64,000 nucleotides of DNA from NCBI GenBank assembly GCA_977020255.1, contig CDROCS010005920.1:1-64000 (forward strand), given 5' to 3'. The notes beneath the pieces were generated by a model, which worked only from the letters and a program-made list of their open reading frames with translations, searched no databases and was not told the origin of the DNA. Origin of the DNA: Obrimoposthia wandeli. Lineage: Eukaryota. This document shows positions 10,869 to 20,518 of this stretch, piece by piece. Each line of letters starts with the position of its first letter. Position 1 is the first letter of the stretch. The position numbers and the translations under genes were made by a program.

Positions 10869-10932
10869 CCACAGAGCGAGAGGGTATGGTGGTAACATAA
10901 TACTACATGTTAATTTTTTGTGTTTTTTAGCT

Positions 10933-11235
10933 CTAGTATTCTTTGAGTTGATGTTTTGCGATGTTAAGCACTTCCACAGGTTGAGTCAGGTACATGACAC
11001 ATGAGCATCTTAGTAATGATGTAAAATTCGTGATCTCACCATGCATAAGAGAGGCTTCATCATACAAGAGCGAAAGAAAACGTCCTGTTGTAATATCCTG
11101 CTTCTCAGCAATATCATCAATTATGGCCCAAAACTTAGCCTCCAATTTGATGCTTGTAGACAGGCCACCGATACGGACAGAACGCGATATGGACTTATAA
11201 TTTTCTGGTGATTGTCCCGCAAAAACATAACACAT
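10933..11235 (-). CDS. Ribbon-helix-helix (RHH_4-like) protein
   Basis: Y....RSVRIGGLSTSIKLE..FW.I.D.IA...NFTSLLRC.C; RBS AAGGAGG before ATG at 11235. Confidence 0.85.
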   Translation of the reverse strand: MCYVFAGQSPENYKSISRSVRIGGLSTSIKLEAKFWAIIDDIAEKQDITTGRFLSLLYDEASLMHGEITNFTSLLRCSCVMYLTQPVEVLNIAKHQLKEY

Positions 11236-11544
11236 AATCAACTCCCTCCTTTATGAGCCTCAATTACTACCAATATACAATCCTAAACTTCAAAAGTAGG
11301 AAGATTGAATAGTTGAAATGGCAAACTCCAAGCTACCAACATTAGCATTGATTAATGGGACTTTATCAGTTCTTTGTTGTAAATGTGTCCACTTCTGTGA
11401 TCACAAGTACTTGTAGTACGGATCACTGTGCTGAAGATTCAAAGCGAAAACAGGCATCAAACTTACTTTTCTTAAAGCAAAGCTCATGTTATCGAAATAG
11501 CGTGAACAAATAGGGCCTACTCTGATCTCTTGCTGTTTATTCTG

Positions 11545-11712
11545 TGGATACAGAAAACCACGGGGTTACGCTCACTGCAAATTCTGCTCGGTCACGCCAG
11601 CCTCAACACCACGGCTCGGTACACCCGAATGACACACATTAAACAGCGTGACGCTGCTCTGGCCATCAATCGATTGGCCGATGCATTAACCTTGATGTGG
11701 GAGGCGGTATGA
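11545..11712 (+). pseudogene. Tyrosine recombinase C-terminal fragment (partner of the IS91-like tnp)
   Basis: LRSLQILLGHASLNTTARYT; stop overlaps the tnp start. Confidence 0.8.
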
Positions 11713-12529
11713 GTGCGTTTATTGAACTACTTCGGGTGAATAAAGATGAGCTGAACGCCAACATGGCGCTCAAATCAGCAACGACATTCGCAACGTTATC
11801 TCTGCTATGTTGCGGTGTAAAACCGAACAGCAAGGTCGCTCGCAATGGTTTTGTGCTCACTGCCATCACGATGACCGATTACCGCTCTCTTGCGGTCATC
11901 GACATTGCCCACAATGCCAGCACCGCACCACGTCTGATTGGTTGTTGCGTCAAAAACAAAAGCTACTACCCACACACTACTTTATGACCACCTTTACCTT
12001 GCCATATCAACTGAGAATACTCGCTCGAAAACAGCCGAAAGCGCTGTATAAACTCATGTTCTCGGTTGCGTCGGGTGTACTGAAAAGCTTTGCTCAAAGA
12101 CAACAAAAAGGAACGCTAGGTTTTACCGCCGTGCTGCATACCCACAGTAGGCAACGTAACCTACATCCACACTTGCACATTATTATTGCAGGCGGAAGGT
12201 ATGACTCATCCAAACAAGTATGGCATAAGAGCAACAAGCAGTACTTGTTCAACGCCTTTGCCCTGGCCAACGTCTGGCGAGCACGGTTGCTGGCGGCGAT
12301 AAACCAGCACCCACTCCTGTGGCTACCCCAGAATATTCCCAAGCAATGGGTGGTTGACTGCCGATGCGTCGGTTATGGCGAGCCTGCACTGGAATACCTA
12401 TCTCGTTATCTCTACCGAGGTGTGCTGCCTGACAATGACATCATCAACATCGAAGAAAACAGTGTGACCTTTCGCTATTTAGACAGCAGCACCAACACAA
12501 AGAAAGCACGCACGTTACCCACTTTTGAG
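11709..12529 (+). pseudogene. IS91-family HUH/Y2 transposase; frameshift near 11754, 3' end cut by IS6
   Basis: C..C....LSCGHRHCPQCQ zinc domain, LHTHSR..NLHPHLH HUH, YLSRYLYRG. Confidence 0.88.
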
Positions 12530-13389
12530 GGGTCTGTTGCAACTAATCAGGTAAGGCAGAGCGACCCCAGTGATGGGCTCAATGATTACTGGTAAACAAC
12601 CTCAACATTGAAGAGGCGATTCATGAAGGCGGATCTCTCCCGCACAAGAGTTTTACGTTCATCATGACGTAACCAACAATCAAATTGCCCCTTGTTCAAC
12701 ATCCGTAATGATTCGAATCCTTGGATAGTTGACCAGGCTCGCTTTCGTATTTTAAACCCACCGGTAGCGACAACGAGTTTCTTTATTGGGGCGTGATCAG
12801 ACTCGATACCGTTATTGAGGTACTTCACTTGCCGCTGCTCGACATCCGCTCGCAGTCGTCCCTCCTTCTTCAAGCGAGCAATCGCATTGGCGTATGAGGA
12901 ATGTTTGTCGGTGTTTAATGTTTTAGGCTGATTGTCTACGTCGTAATATCTCAGGCAACGCCTAAGAAACTGATAAGCGGCTTCTTTATTACGTTTGTGG
13001 GAGAAATAGAAATCCAGCGTCTCGCCTTGTTTATTGATAGCACGGTAAAGGTAGTGCCATTTCCCCTTCACTTTTACGTAGGTTTCATCGAGCTGCCACG
13101 AAGAGTCTGTCCGGATAAATTGATGGCGACGTAACTTCTTACGTAATATCGGGGCATATTCAATGAACCAACGATAAATGGTCGAACGATTAACCGAAAT
13201 CCCCCGCTCTGCCAGCATGTCACTGAGGTTTGCGTAACTCATCGGTGTTGAACCATACCACCGAAGGCACCAAAAGATGATTTCAGGGGCGAAGTGTTTC
13301 CATTTGAATTCGGGGTTGGTCATCGAGTTGCTGGATTGGATGGGAAAGAAGGAATTCTGAGCCCAGACTGAATTATTTGCAACAGAGCC
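12530..13389 (-). mobile_element. IS6-family element (type C)
   Basis: Ends GGGTCTGTTGCAA / TTGCAACAGAGCC. Confidence 0.93.
12586..13323 (-). CDS. IS6-family transposase (likely start MTNPEFKWKHF)
   Basis: WQLDETYVKVKG, LNTDK, YLNNGIESDHAPIK. Confidence 0.92.
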   Translation of the reverse strand: MTNPEFKWKHFAPEIIFWCLRWYGSTPMSYANLSDMLAERGISVNRSTIYRWFIEYAPILRKKLRRHQFIRTDSSWQLDETYVKVKGKWHYLYRAINKQGETLDFYFSHKRNKEAAYQFLRRCLRYYDVDNQPKTLNTDKHSSYANAIARLKKEGRLRADVEQRQVKYLNNGIESDHAPIKKLVVATGGFKIRKRAWSTIQGFESLRMLNKGQFDCWLRHDERKTLVRERSAFMNRLFNVEVVYQ

Positions 13390-13513
13390 AATGGAATAAG
13401 CCATGTCCGCATGGATGAAGATAATAGACTTTAATATATATTAAATTTCATTAATTTTACACTGTATTATATATATAAACTATAATACACTGTTTTTTAT
13501 TGAGGGGTTTAAT

Positions 13514-13795
13514 ATGAAAAATTTACTTTTGTTAGCTTTTATTGCTATAGGTTTGACTGGCTGTTCAGGCATTCATCAGTCAGATGAAACATTTGATGCA
13601 CATGCTGAAAGTGTCAATGTTTTATTTTTACAATTTCCAGGTGGGGATACTCAAGAACGAGCAATGGAATTAGTTCCTGATAATGCTGATGTCATCACGG
13701 TTAAGTCAACAGTTTCAGATACATCATCATTCCTTGGTGTGCTAAACCGAATTATTGGCGTTGATCAAACGAAAATTGCTGGTGTAATTAAATAG
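13514..13795 (+). CDS. Small lipoprotein, unknown function
   Basis: Lipobox LTGC; RBS GAGGGG; 93 aa. Confidence 0.8.
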   Translation: MKNLLLLAFIAIGLTGCSGIHQSDETFDAHAESVNVLFLQFPGGDTQERAMELVPDNADVITVKSTVSDTSSFLGVLNRIIGVDQTKIAGVIK

Positions 13796-13833
13796 AGCAT
13801 CAATTATGTTTTATTTTCGATCTCAATAATAAA

Positions 13834-13952
13834 GGTTCTGTCGAAATAGAGTTTTTTAGCCAAATTTAAAATCGATTGAAAACAGATGGTTAAAAAATGA
13901 AAAAACGTTCAAATTTGCTATTTGCGACAGAGCCAAACTTTGCGACAAAACC
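13834..13952. mobile_element. 101-bp IS6-ended miniature element (13834-13934) plus 18-bp IS6 IR stub (13935-13952)
   Basis: GGTTCTGTCG-AAATAG ... CTATTTGCGACAGAGCC, then AAACTTTGCGACAAAACC. Confidence 0.7.
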
Positions 13953-14153
13953 TGATTGTATTAGATGAACTTACAGCGAGGAAGTCGCAACCGCAGGTTG
14001 ATGCCCTTGATTAAATTTCAACAGTGGCTGAGCCCTTTCAGAATAAGGGGTTTTCATGATCTTATCCTGATTCATCGTGCGTATCTATTCAACCAAAAGT
14101 ATTCACCTGCTATTTACCACTATAGATAGGTAGATAAACAAATAAGGAACGAC

Positions 14154-15116
14154 ATGAAATATCTATATTTATTGCCTTTGAGTATTGTATTCAATAGCTC
14201 TGTTTATGCTGAACTTGGAGAGTTAGGATTCAGCGGTGAAGTCAGTGTTTTGGCGGGCATTGGCCATGAGAAAAACAACACAAGTTCTGAAACCAAAAAA
14301 GGCAAACTAAATAGTGATGGAGAAACAGACTCATCGGTTATGTTCATACCTCTGGGTCAGCTACTTTATACTTTTGGTGATGAAAACAATCACCAATTTT
14401 ATCTGGGTACGGCCAGAGAAGACATTATCGAAGGGATAGTGGCTGTCGAGTTAGGTTATTCCTATGGCTTCGACGACTCGAGTATCTCGTTTGGTTACTT
14501 ACCCTCAATTGCTAATGGCGAAGTGTGGGAAGACCCTTATTTAACCAATTCAGCTAAGAAGAGTACGAAAATAAAAGGCAGCACTTATCGGTTTCAATAT
14601 GACAACATTTTAGATACTGGGTTATCCGCCGATTTGGCCGTTTATAACCAAGATGTAGAGAACGAAAAATCAGGCAGCGCACTAACAAGCAATAAGCAGC
14701 TGTTACAACGCGATGCAAAAGGATACCGCATCAGCGTTTCAAATGGATTTGGTATCAGTGAATCTTCTTATATTGAACCTTCCTTTTCTTACCAACGGCA
14801 TTCTGCCGACGGTAAAGCTGTCTCTTTTGACCAATATGGAGTATCACTAACTTATGTGTATTTTTTAGATAATCATGCATTCTCCATTAACGGCGACTAC
14901 GCGATTTCCCAATATGATGCTCAAAATCCACTATTCAATAAAACACAAAAAGACAACAGTTACGGCATAAATGTTGGTTATGAATACAGTGAGTTTATGG
15001 GGTGGGAAGACTGGGGGTTCACGGCTCTGGCAGGATATTCAAATCAGACGTCCAACATAAAATTCTATGACGCTACGGATTACTCAGCCGGTGTAGGTCT
15101 CACCTACCATTTTTAA
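14154..15116 (+). CDS. DUF2860-like outer-membrane beta-barrel protein
   Basis: Signal peptide, GFSGEVS, PLGQLLYTFG, terminal aromatic (YHF). Confidence 0.8.
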   Translation: MKYLYLLPLSIVFNSSVYAELGELGFSGEVSVLAGIGHEKNNTSSETKKGKLNSDGETDSSVMFIPLGQLLYTFGDENNHQFYLGTAREDIIEGIVAVELGYSYGFDDSSISFGYLPSIANGEVWEDPYLTNSAKKSTKIKGSTYRFQYDNILDTGLSADLAVYNQDVENEKSGSALTSNKQLLQRDAKGYRISVSNGFGISESSYIEPSFSYQRHSADGKAVSFDQYGVSLTYVYFLDNHAFSINGDYAISQYDAQNPLFNKTQKDNSYGINVGYEYSEFMGWEDWGFTALAGYSNQTSNIKFYDATDYSAGVGLTYHF

Positions 15117-15149
15117 TGGTAAGGAATATTGAAATTCCTTACCATTAAA
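15112..15149. other. 16-bp-stem hairpin matching the IS91-like oriIS end; also a plausible terminator
   Basis: TTTAATGGTAAGGAAT-ATTGAA-ATTCCTTACCATTAAA; core near-identical to 41383-41414. Confidence 0.65.
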
Positions 15150-15229
15150 TAAGTAATTGCAAAAACAAGCAGTTACTTCATTTTTATCAGTCATATACAT
15201 TCAAAAATATTATTTGAAAGTAAGGTAGA

Positions 15230-15733
15230 ATGAATATTAAATTTACACATATTTTAGCCACACTTGTTGTCGTTTTTTCTACAGCATCACAAGCTTCAAC
15301 CACTAAGTTTGGTAACTGGTATTATTCCGATACATACCAGACATTTGTTTCACAAGAAGTGACTCATGAACTGCCTAAGCAAGCTGAGATCTATCAAATT
15401 GCTAGCTCTAACGAGCTTAATGTTGGCTTTATTTTTCAAAGCCAAGCATGTATTGGAAAAGTAGGTGAATATGATTCAGCTGGTGCATATTTAATCAATA
15501 CAAAACGTATAAACATGGCGTATCAATGTATCAGTAATAACACTGTACGTTTATTCCCAGTTATTAAACGTGAGCGTAAGTATGTGATTAATGAATTCAA
15601 AACCCAGTCGCTAGTTTGCATCAAGCCAACCAAAGAATTGAAAAACGACCCGAACAGTATTTCACTATGTGTTTCTGGCTCTGGGTTTAGTAACGCCTAT
15701 CATGCACTTTCAATGGCTTTGTTGCAACACTAA
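15230..15733 (+). CDS. Secreted hypothetical protein; last ~6 codons supplied by the IS903-like IR
   Basis: Signal peptide ...ASQA; several Cys; stop lies inside the IS end. Confidence 0.7.
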   Translation: MNIKFTHILATLVVVFSTASQASTTKFGNWYYSDTYQTFVSQEVTHELPKQAEIYQIASSNELNVGFIFQSQACIGKVGEYDSAGAYLINTKRINMAYQCISNNTVRLFPVIKRERKYVINEFKTQSLVCIKPTKELKNDPNSISLCVSGSGFSNAYHALSMALLQH

Positions 15734-16834
15734 AACTTTGTGGTCTTTTGATACGGTTAGGCGACTCGGTAGCTATTGGGCATCCCGAGCAGAGTAAAGC
15801 GATTTAAAATAGAGCAGCCGAGTAACATTTCCTTTGACTGGTTTTCAATCTTTCTGCTGTGTAATGTATTGCCGATTATCTTCTTGTAACGTTGCATCGC
15901 CGTTTCTGAGACGTTCCTTTTTCCGTATTGCCGCACGCTCTGCCAACCGATAATGCCAAGGGCGAAGCAACCTATCAGGTTGCTCATCCTCTTTGGATGA
16001 TGGACTTCATCAGCAAACGTATTGTCTTTCGGCGGAATAACAATCTCAGCCTCCGGGAAATGCTCCTCTAATGTCTGGTACACCGCATTGGTATCATACA
16101 TTTTGTCGGCACTGACGTGCTCGACATCCGTAATGATGGACTGACATAACGTCCCGACAACCTGATCATCCATGGCGTTTTTATCGGTGAGGACTGCACT
16201 TTGAATGAAGTGAGCCTCATCAACAGCGAAATGCGCCTTTCGCCAGCTACGTTTTGCATTAACCTTATGTTTTTCTTGATGCCATTCATCCTTCCCGAAC
16301 CGCTTGAGCCCCGTTGAATCAATGGCTATTGCTGCAATTTTGTCATCTGGCCTTTCATGCTTTCTAAATCGTGGCACCGTAAGATTAAGTTGCTTCAGCC
16401 GCTTTGACAGCAGCGTATAATCAGGGCATCGAAGGTTGGTCATGCCAAACTTCATCAGTAAACTATCAATCAACCCTTGAGCTTGACGTAGAGGAAGTTT
16501 ATACACCAATCGGATGTAATGGCAGGCTTCAATGGTGCTGTCAGGATACTTCACAGAAGAGCCAGTACCATCATAAATACGAATGTCATGCTGCCAATGT
16601 TTGATGATATCGTCAGATATCCAAATGTCGAACCGCCCACGTTGCCTGAGAGCCTGGTTATACTCCCGATAGTTATTTAAGGCGTAGGTATGCTTCTTAA
16701 AATGATGGCGTTTTTTGTCATTGTGTTTGTAAGGCATGTGTTAAATAGCGAACCAGTCTAAAGAGGTTCGCCATGATAACTGAACTCAGTGCCAATGGAA
16801 TAATTGAGCGTTATCTGAGCGATTCAACAAAGCC
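15715..16834 (-). mobile_element. IS5-family, IS903 subgroup element
   Basis: IRs GGCTTTGTTG at both ends; flanks not duplicated. Confidence 0.92.
15757..16737 (-). CDS. IS903-like transposase
   Basis: YNQALRQRG, IAIDSTGLK..G..EW, RSWRK.H, SADKMYD, ETAMQRYK. Confidence 0.93.
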   Translation of the reverse strand: MPYKHNDKKRHHFKKHTYALNNYREYNQALRQRGRFDIWISDDIIKHWQHDIRIYDGTGSSVKYPDSTIEACHYIRLVYKLPLRQAQGLIDSLLMKFGMTNLRCPDYTLLSKRLKQLNLTVPRFRKHERPDDKIAAIAIDSTGLKRFGKDEWHQEKHKVNAKRSWRKAHFAVDEAHFIQSAVLTDKNAMDDQVVGTLCQSIITDVEHVSADKMYDTNAVYQTLEEHFPEAEIVIPPKDNTFADEVHHPKRMSNLIGCFALGIIGWQSVRQYGKRNVSETAMQRYKKIIGNTLHSRKIENQSKEMLLGCSILNRFTLLGMPNSYRVA

Positions 16835-17030
16835 AGAAAGTGCAGAAGACAAGATTATCGAGCTAACTTTGTTGAATCCTCACTCTACATTGATGCAACT
16901 GATGAAAGAGTTAAAACAACACAATATCACCGTGAGTATCGGCACGATTAAAAACATTTGAAAGGAAGAAAAACTCAACACCAGAGAGCTTAGGATCAAA
17001 AAATCACAATCGATGAATATCGACGTGTAA
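16835..17030 (+). pseudogene. HTH / IS481-like protein fragment
   Basis: EDKIIEL.L.NP...ELKQHNITVSIGTIKNI*KEEKL with an internal TGA. Confidence 0.45.
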
Positions 17031-17144
17031 GGTAAAAAGTATCAATCATGACTAGAATGTAAGAGCATGACAGAATCGATTGGTACTTATCCCGTCAAGT
17101 TCCCTCAGTAATGACACTCGATTGTTTGGATTAGTAACAGGGAA

Positions 17145-17235
17145 GGTTCTGTCACATCTTTAAATTGGAATGTAGAAATACTTCTTTTCAGATACAATTA
17201 GCCCGCTAGGGGGCATTGTTGCAACACTAAAACTT
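17145..17235. mobile_element. IS6 type-A right-end remnant (17145-17211) abutting a 24-bp IS903 end stub (17212-17235)
   Basis: Similar to the reverse complement of 5610-5677; GGCATTGTTGCAACACTAAAACTT matches 15715-15738. Confidence 0.75.
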
Positions 17236-17277
17236 GATGAATAAAAGATGTAAGATTAATTTATCGGTATAAAAAGC

Positions 17278-18018
17278 TTAGCCAAGAATGACCTCAACGC
17301 CACACTTACTAAGAAACGCTAGATCGCTCTCTCCAGCACGATTATCAGTAAGGAGTATAGAAATTTGTTCAGTACTGCCAATTGTCGATGGGAAAATTTG
17401 CCCAAATTTGCTTGAATCAGTCAAAATAATATTGCGGCGCTGCTTGGCTAAAATGATTGAAGCAATCTCTGATCGCATCATATCACGACTGGTGAATCCA
17501 GTATCTTGGTGGAAGCCGTCGACACCAAGGAAAGCTGTACTAAAGTGAATATTTTCGATGCATAGTTTGGTCAATGGCCCAACTAAACTTTCTCCCTGAT
17601 GCTGATAAACTCCGCCAAGTAAAATGATATTGGCAGAGGTGTTGCGAATCAGATTCGCAATGTAAGCAGATGGCGTAATAATAGTGACATCGCCTCGCTC
17701 TGCTAGGATTCTCGCCAATAACGCATTAGCGCTACCGCCTTCGATCAATACGGTTTCGCTTTGCGCGACTAAATCAGCCGCCATATTTGCCAGAGACTGT
17801 TTAATATCAAAACAAACCTCGAGGCGATTATCAATGTCGTCATTTTGTAGTGCAGTTGCCGCGCCATGTACTCGTTTTAAATAATTTTGTTGCTCTAAGA
17901 AATTGAGATCTTGACGAATGGTTACTCCAGATACACCAATAAGATTGGATAGGTCAGTCACCTGGACACGCTTACGATCATTAACGATTTGTAGGATTTC
18001 ATTCTGTCTAGGATTCAT
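17278..18018 (-). CDS. yciT: DeoR/GlpR-family regulator, YciT-like
   Basis: MNPRQNEILQ..HTH GVS.VTIRQDL..LE, VLIEGGS.N, FHFSTAF.G.DG-like sensor motifs. Confidence 0.88.
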   Translation of the reverse strand: MNPRQNEILQIVNDRKRVQVTDLSNLIGVSGVTIRQDLNFLEQQNYLKRVHGAATALQNDDIDNRLEVCFDIKQSLANMAADLVAQSETVLIEGGSANALLARILAERGDVTIITPSAYIANLIRNTSANIILLGGVYQHQGESLVGPLTKLCIENIHFSTAFLGVDGFHQDTGFTSRDMMRSEIASIILAKQRRNIILTDSSKFGQIFPSTIGSTEQISILLTDNRAGESDLAFLSKCGVEVILG

Positions 18019-18063
18019 TTTTGGTTCTCGAAAAGGAAGAAACTCTATTATATAGTCTCTTCC

Positions 18064-18075
18064 TTTCATTTGAAA
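18064..18075. promoter_or_regulatory. Candidate YciT operator TTTCA-TT-TGAAA
   Basis: Palindrome upstream of yciT; same core at 21489 and 23337. Confidence 0.55.
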
Positions 18076-18092
18076 CCTAAGTGCAACTTAAG

Positions 18093-20516
18093 TTATAAAT
18101 CATGTTCTGTACGTGCAATTATGTCATCCTGAGCATCAGGAGATAATGCCGTAAAGAATGCAGAATAACCCGCGACGCGTACAACAAGATCACGGTATTG
18201 CTCTGGGTTTTCTTTTGCTGCTAACAAGGTATCACGCGATACGATATTGTACTGAACATGCCAACCTTTATGGTGGTTAAAGAAAGTGCGAATTAACATT
18301 GAAAGCTTTATCTTATCGTTCTCTGACTCTACTGCGGCGGGGCTTAACTTCTGGTTAAGTAAGACGCCACCAAGAATCTTGTTCGCTTGAATCTTACCTA
18401 CCGAGTTATAAACCGCTGTTGGACCTAAACGATCTGAGCCAGATGATGGACTTGATCCTTCTGCTAATGGTGTTTTTGCTTGGCGGCCATCAGGCGTTGC
18501 CATCGTCGATGCGCCAAATGGAACGTTAGCCGAGATAGATGATGTACCAGCGTAGTAACCACCTCCAATAGGTCCGCGGCCATTACGCGTGTTGACAAAA
18601 TTATCTAGCTCATTAATGTATACTTGGTACGCTTCTACCAGTAGTGAATCGACTGAATCATCATCATTACCAAACTTAGGTGCAAAATTTAGAATGCGTT
18701 GACGAAGCTGCTCTTGCTCTGAGGATCCAAAGTTTTCTGCCAGAGCTTTAGCAAGATCTGGTTGAGATATTTGAGCATCATCGAACACCATGTGCTTAAT
18801 TGCGGCAAGGCTGTTACCAAGGTTTGCAATACCAACTTGTAGGCCTGATACCCAATCGTATTTAGCCCCCCCTTCTTTGACTGTTTTACCTCGTACTAGA
18901 CAATTATCAACTAATGAAGAACAGAAGATATCTTGCACTTGCTGTTCAAGAACAGTATCTACCACTGTATCAATCTCGATAGATTTACGTGTGTAGTAAC
19001 GTACTTGGTCTGCCCAAGATTCCATAATTTCATCAAAGTTGGTAAAGCTGCCTTCTGCTAATGACTTAGTGTGGGGCAGGAATGTCTTACCAGACGTCGT
19101 ATCTTGACCCTTATTTAGAGCTGCAAGCAGGATACGAGCAAAATTTATGAAGCTCATACCCGTACAGCGATAGCCCCACTTCCCAGGAACAGCGGTCTCA
19201 ATACAACCGATTGATGCGTAGTTGTATGCATCTTCTTTTTCAACGCCAAGCTTAATAAATTCAGGAATGACTATTTCATCGTTGTTGAACGCAGGCATAC
19301 CAAAACCACATTTGATTACCTCGATACAGCCCATCAGGAATTCTTGGTTCAGACCTTCGTGGTAACGAACACTTAGATTTGGCTGAGTTGAGCGAAGCTG
19401 ACCACAAGACTCCAGGATTGTCCAAGACAGTTGGTTTACTGCATCTTCTGGTTTATCGTTTTCATTAAGTTTTTGACCACCTATACATACGTTCTGGTAT
19501 AATGGAGAGCCTGCGGATGCTTTTGAGTGTGCGCCAGAGCGGATCTTATTCACTTCTAAAAGTTTTAACCAACAACTTTGTAGTAGCTCAAGTGCAAAAC
19601 CTTTCTTAAGCTTGCCGCTTTCAATGTCTGCAACATAGTAGCGATTTAGAAATTGGTCCATGCGACCAAATGATACTGAATGACCATTCGATTCGATTTG
19701 CAGCATGAGCTGAACGAAGTAGCTTAGCTGTAGTGCTTGCCAAAAGTTTTCTGGTGCGTGGTATGCAACATGGCGACAGTTTTCAGCAATCGTTTCAAGC
19801 TCTGTTTTGCGATCTGCACGAGTCTCTGTTTGTGCCATTTCAGCGGCAAGTGTTGCGTAGCTAGCCATATGACATTGAATAGCTAAAAGAACAATTTCAG
19901 TTGCCTTATAGAATTGCTCTTTTTTAAGACCTTCAAATGTTGAAACATCATTTTCAGTACGGAACAGACGAACTTCTTCGATAAGACCATTCATACCTAG
20001 CTCAAGAATTTTTTCATTATCGACTGCAAGGTGAGCATCGCCAGAGGTCATATTGCCTTCAGCTTTTATGATAGTTGTTGCTAGGATATCTTGTTGTTCA
20101 TCAGTAAATAGACCATAACAACGGTCTTGAACCGTCTTACCATTCCAGTATGGGGTTAATACATGAATGATCTCTTTATCTTCAGCTGTAACACTAAAGC
20201 CTGCACCAGGGCGATCAGCTAAGTCATCAATCTCAGCTTCAATCCAACGTACAGTGTATTCTGGAAAAATTGGCGCTGCGCGTAGTTTGCTTGCTTGGTT
20301 ACCAACAACCAGCTCGTCATTCTTAATCCAAATTGTACGTGTTTCTAAGTGCTCTTTTAGCGCAATTGCACGTTGAATTATTACAGGTTTATCTTCGTTT
20401 TCCTTGTAAGCCTTGGTGTAAGCTTGTGCACGTTCAGTACAAATTGGCGGCGTTAAAATATTAATCAGTTCAGATTTATGCGCTTTGATGCGCTCAGGTA
20501 GGAAATTTAAGTCCAT
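18093..20516 (-). CDS. ybiW: Glycyl-radical enzyme YbiW/PflF type (1,5-anhydroglucitol-6-P ring-opening enzyme by homology)
   Basis: N-terminus closely matches E. coli YbiW (RAAPIFPEYTV.WIE.EIDDLADRPGAGF, KAEGNMTSGDAHLAV); Cys loop SIGCIE; Gly loop RVAGYS. Confidence 0.93.
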   Translation of the reverse strand: MDLNFLPERIKAHKSELINILTPPICTERAQAYTKAYKENEDKPVIIQRAIALKEHLETRTIWIKNDELVVGNQASKLRAAPIFPEYTVRWIEAEIDDLADRPGAGFSVTAEDKEIIHVLTPYWNGKTVQDRCYGLFTDEQQDILATTIIKAEGNMTSGDAHLAVDNEKILELGMNGLIEEVRLFRTENDVSTFEGLKKEQFYKATEIVLLAIQCHMASYATLAAEMAQTETRADRKTELETIAENCRHVAYHAPENFWQALQLSYFVQLMLQIESNGHSVSFGRMDQFLNRYYVADIESGKLKKGFALELLQSCWLKLLEVNKIRSGAHSKASAGSPLYQNVCIGGQKLNENDKPEDAVNQLSWTILESCGQLRSTQPNLSVRYHEGLNQEFLMGCIEVIKCGFGMPAFNNDEIVIPEFIKLGVEKEDAYNYASIGCIETAVPGKWGYRCTGMSFINFARILLAALNKGQDTTSGKTFLPHTKSLAEGSFTNFDEIMESWADQVRYYTRKSIEIDTVVDTVLEQQVQDIFCSSLVDNCLVRGKTVKEGGAKYDWVSGLQVGIANLGNSLAAIKHMVFDDAQISQPDLAKALAENFGSSEQEQLRQRILNFAPKFGNDDDSVDSLLVEAYQVYINELDNFVNTRNGRGPIGGGYYAGTSSISANVPFGASTMATPDGRQAKTPLAEGSSPSSGSDRLGPTAVYNSVGKIQANKILGGVLLNQKLSPAAVESENDKIKLSMLIRTFFNHHKGWHVQYNIVSRDTLLAAKENPEQYRDLVVRVAGYSAFFTALSPDAQDDIIARTEHDL

Positions 20517-20518
20517 GA

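Noticed and set aside
11545-11712. Integron integrase or prophage
   Set aside because: Only a C-terminal stub coupled to an IS91-like tnp; no attC/VCR array or phage genes seen.
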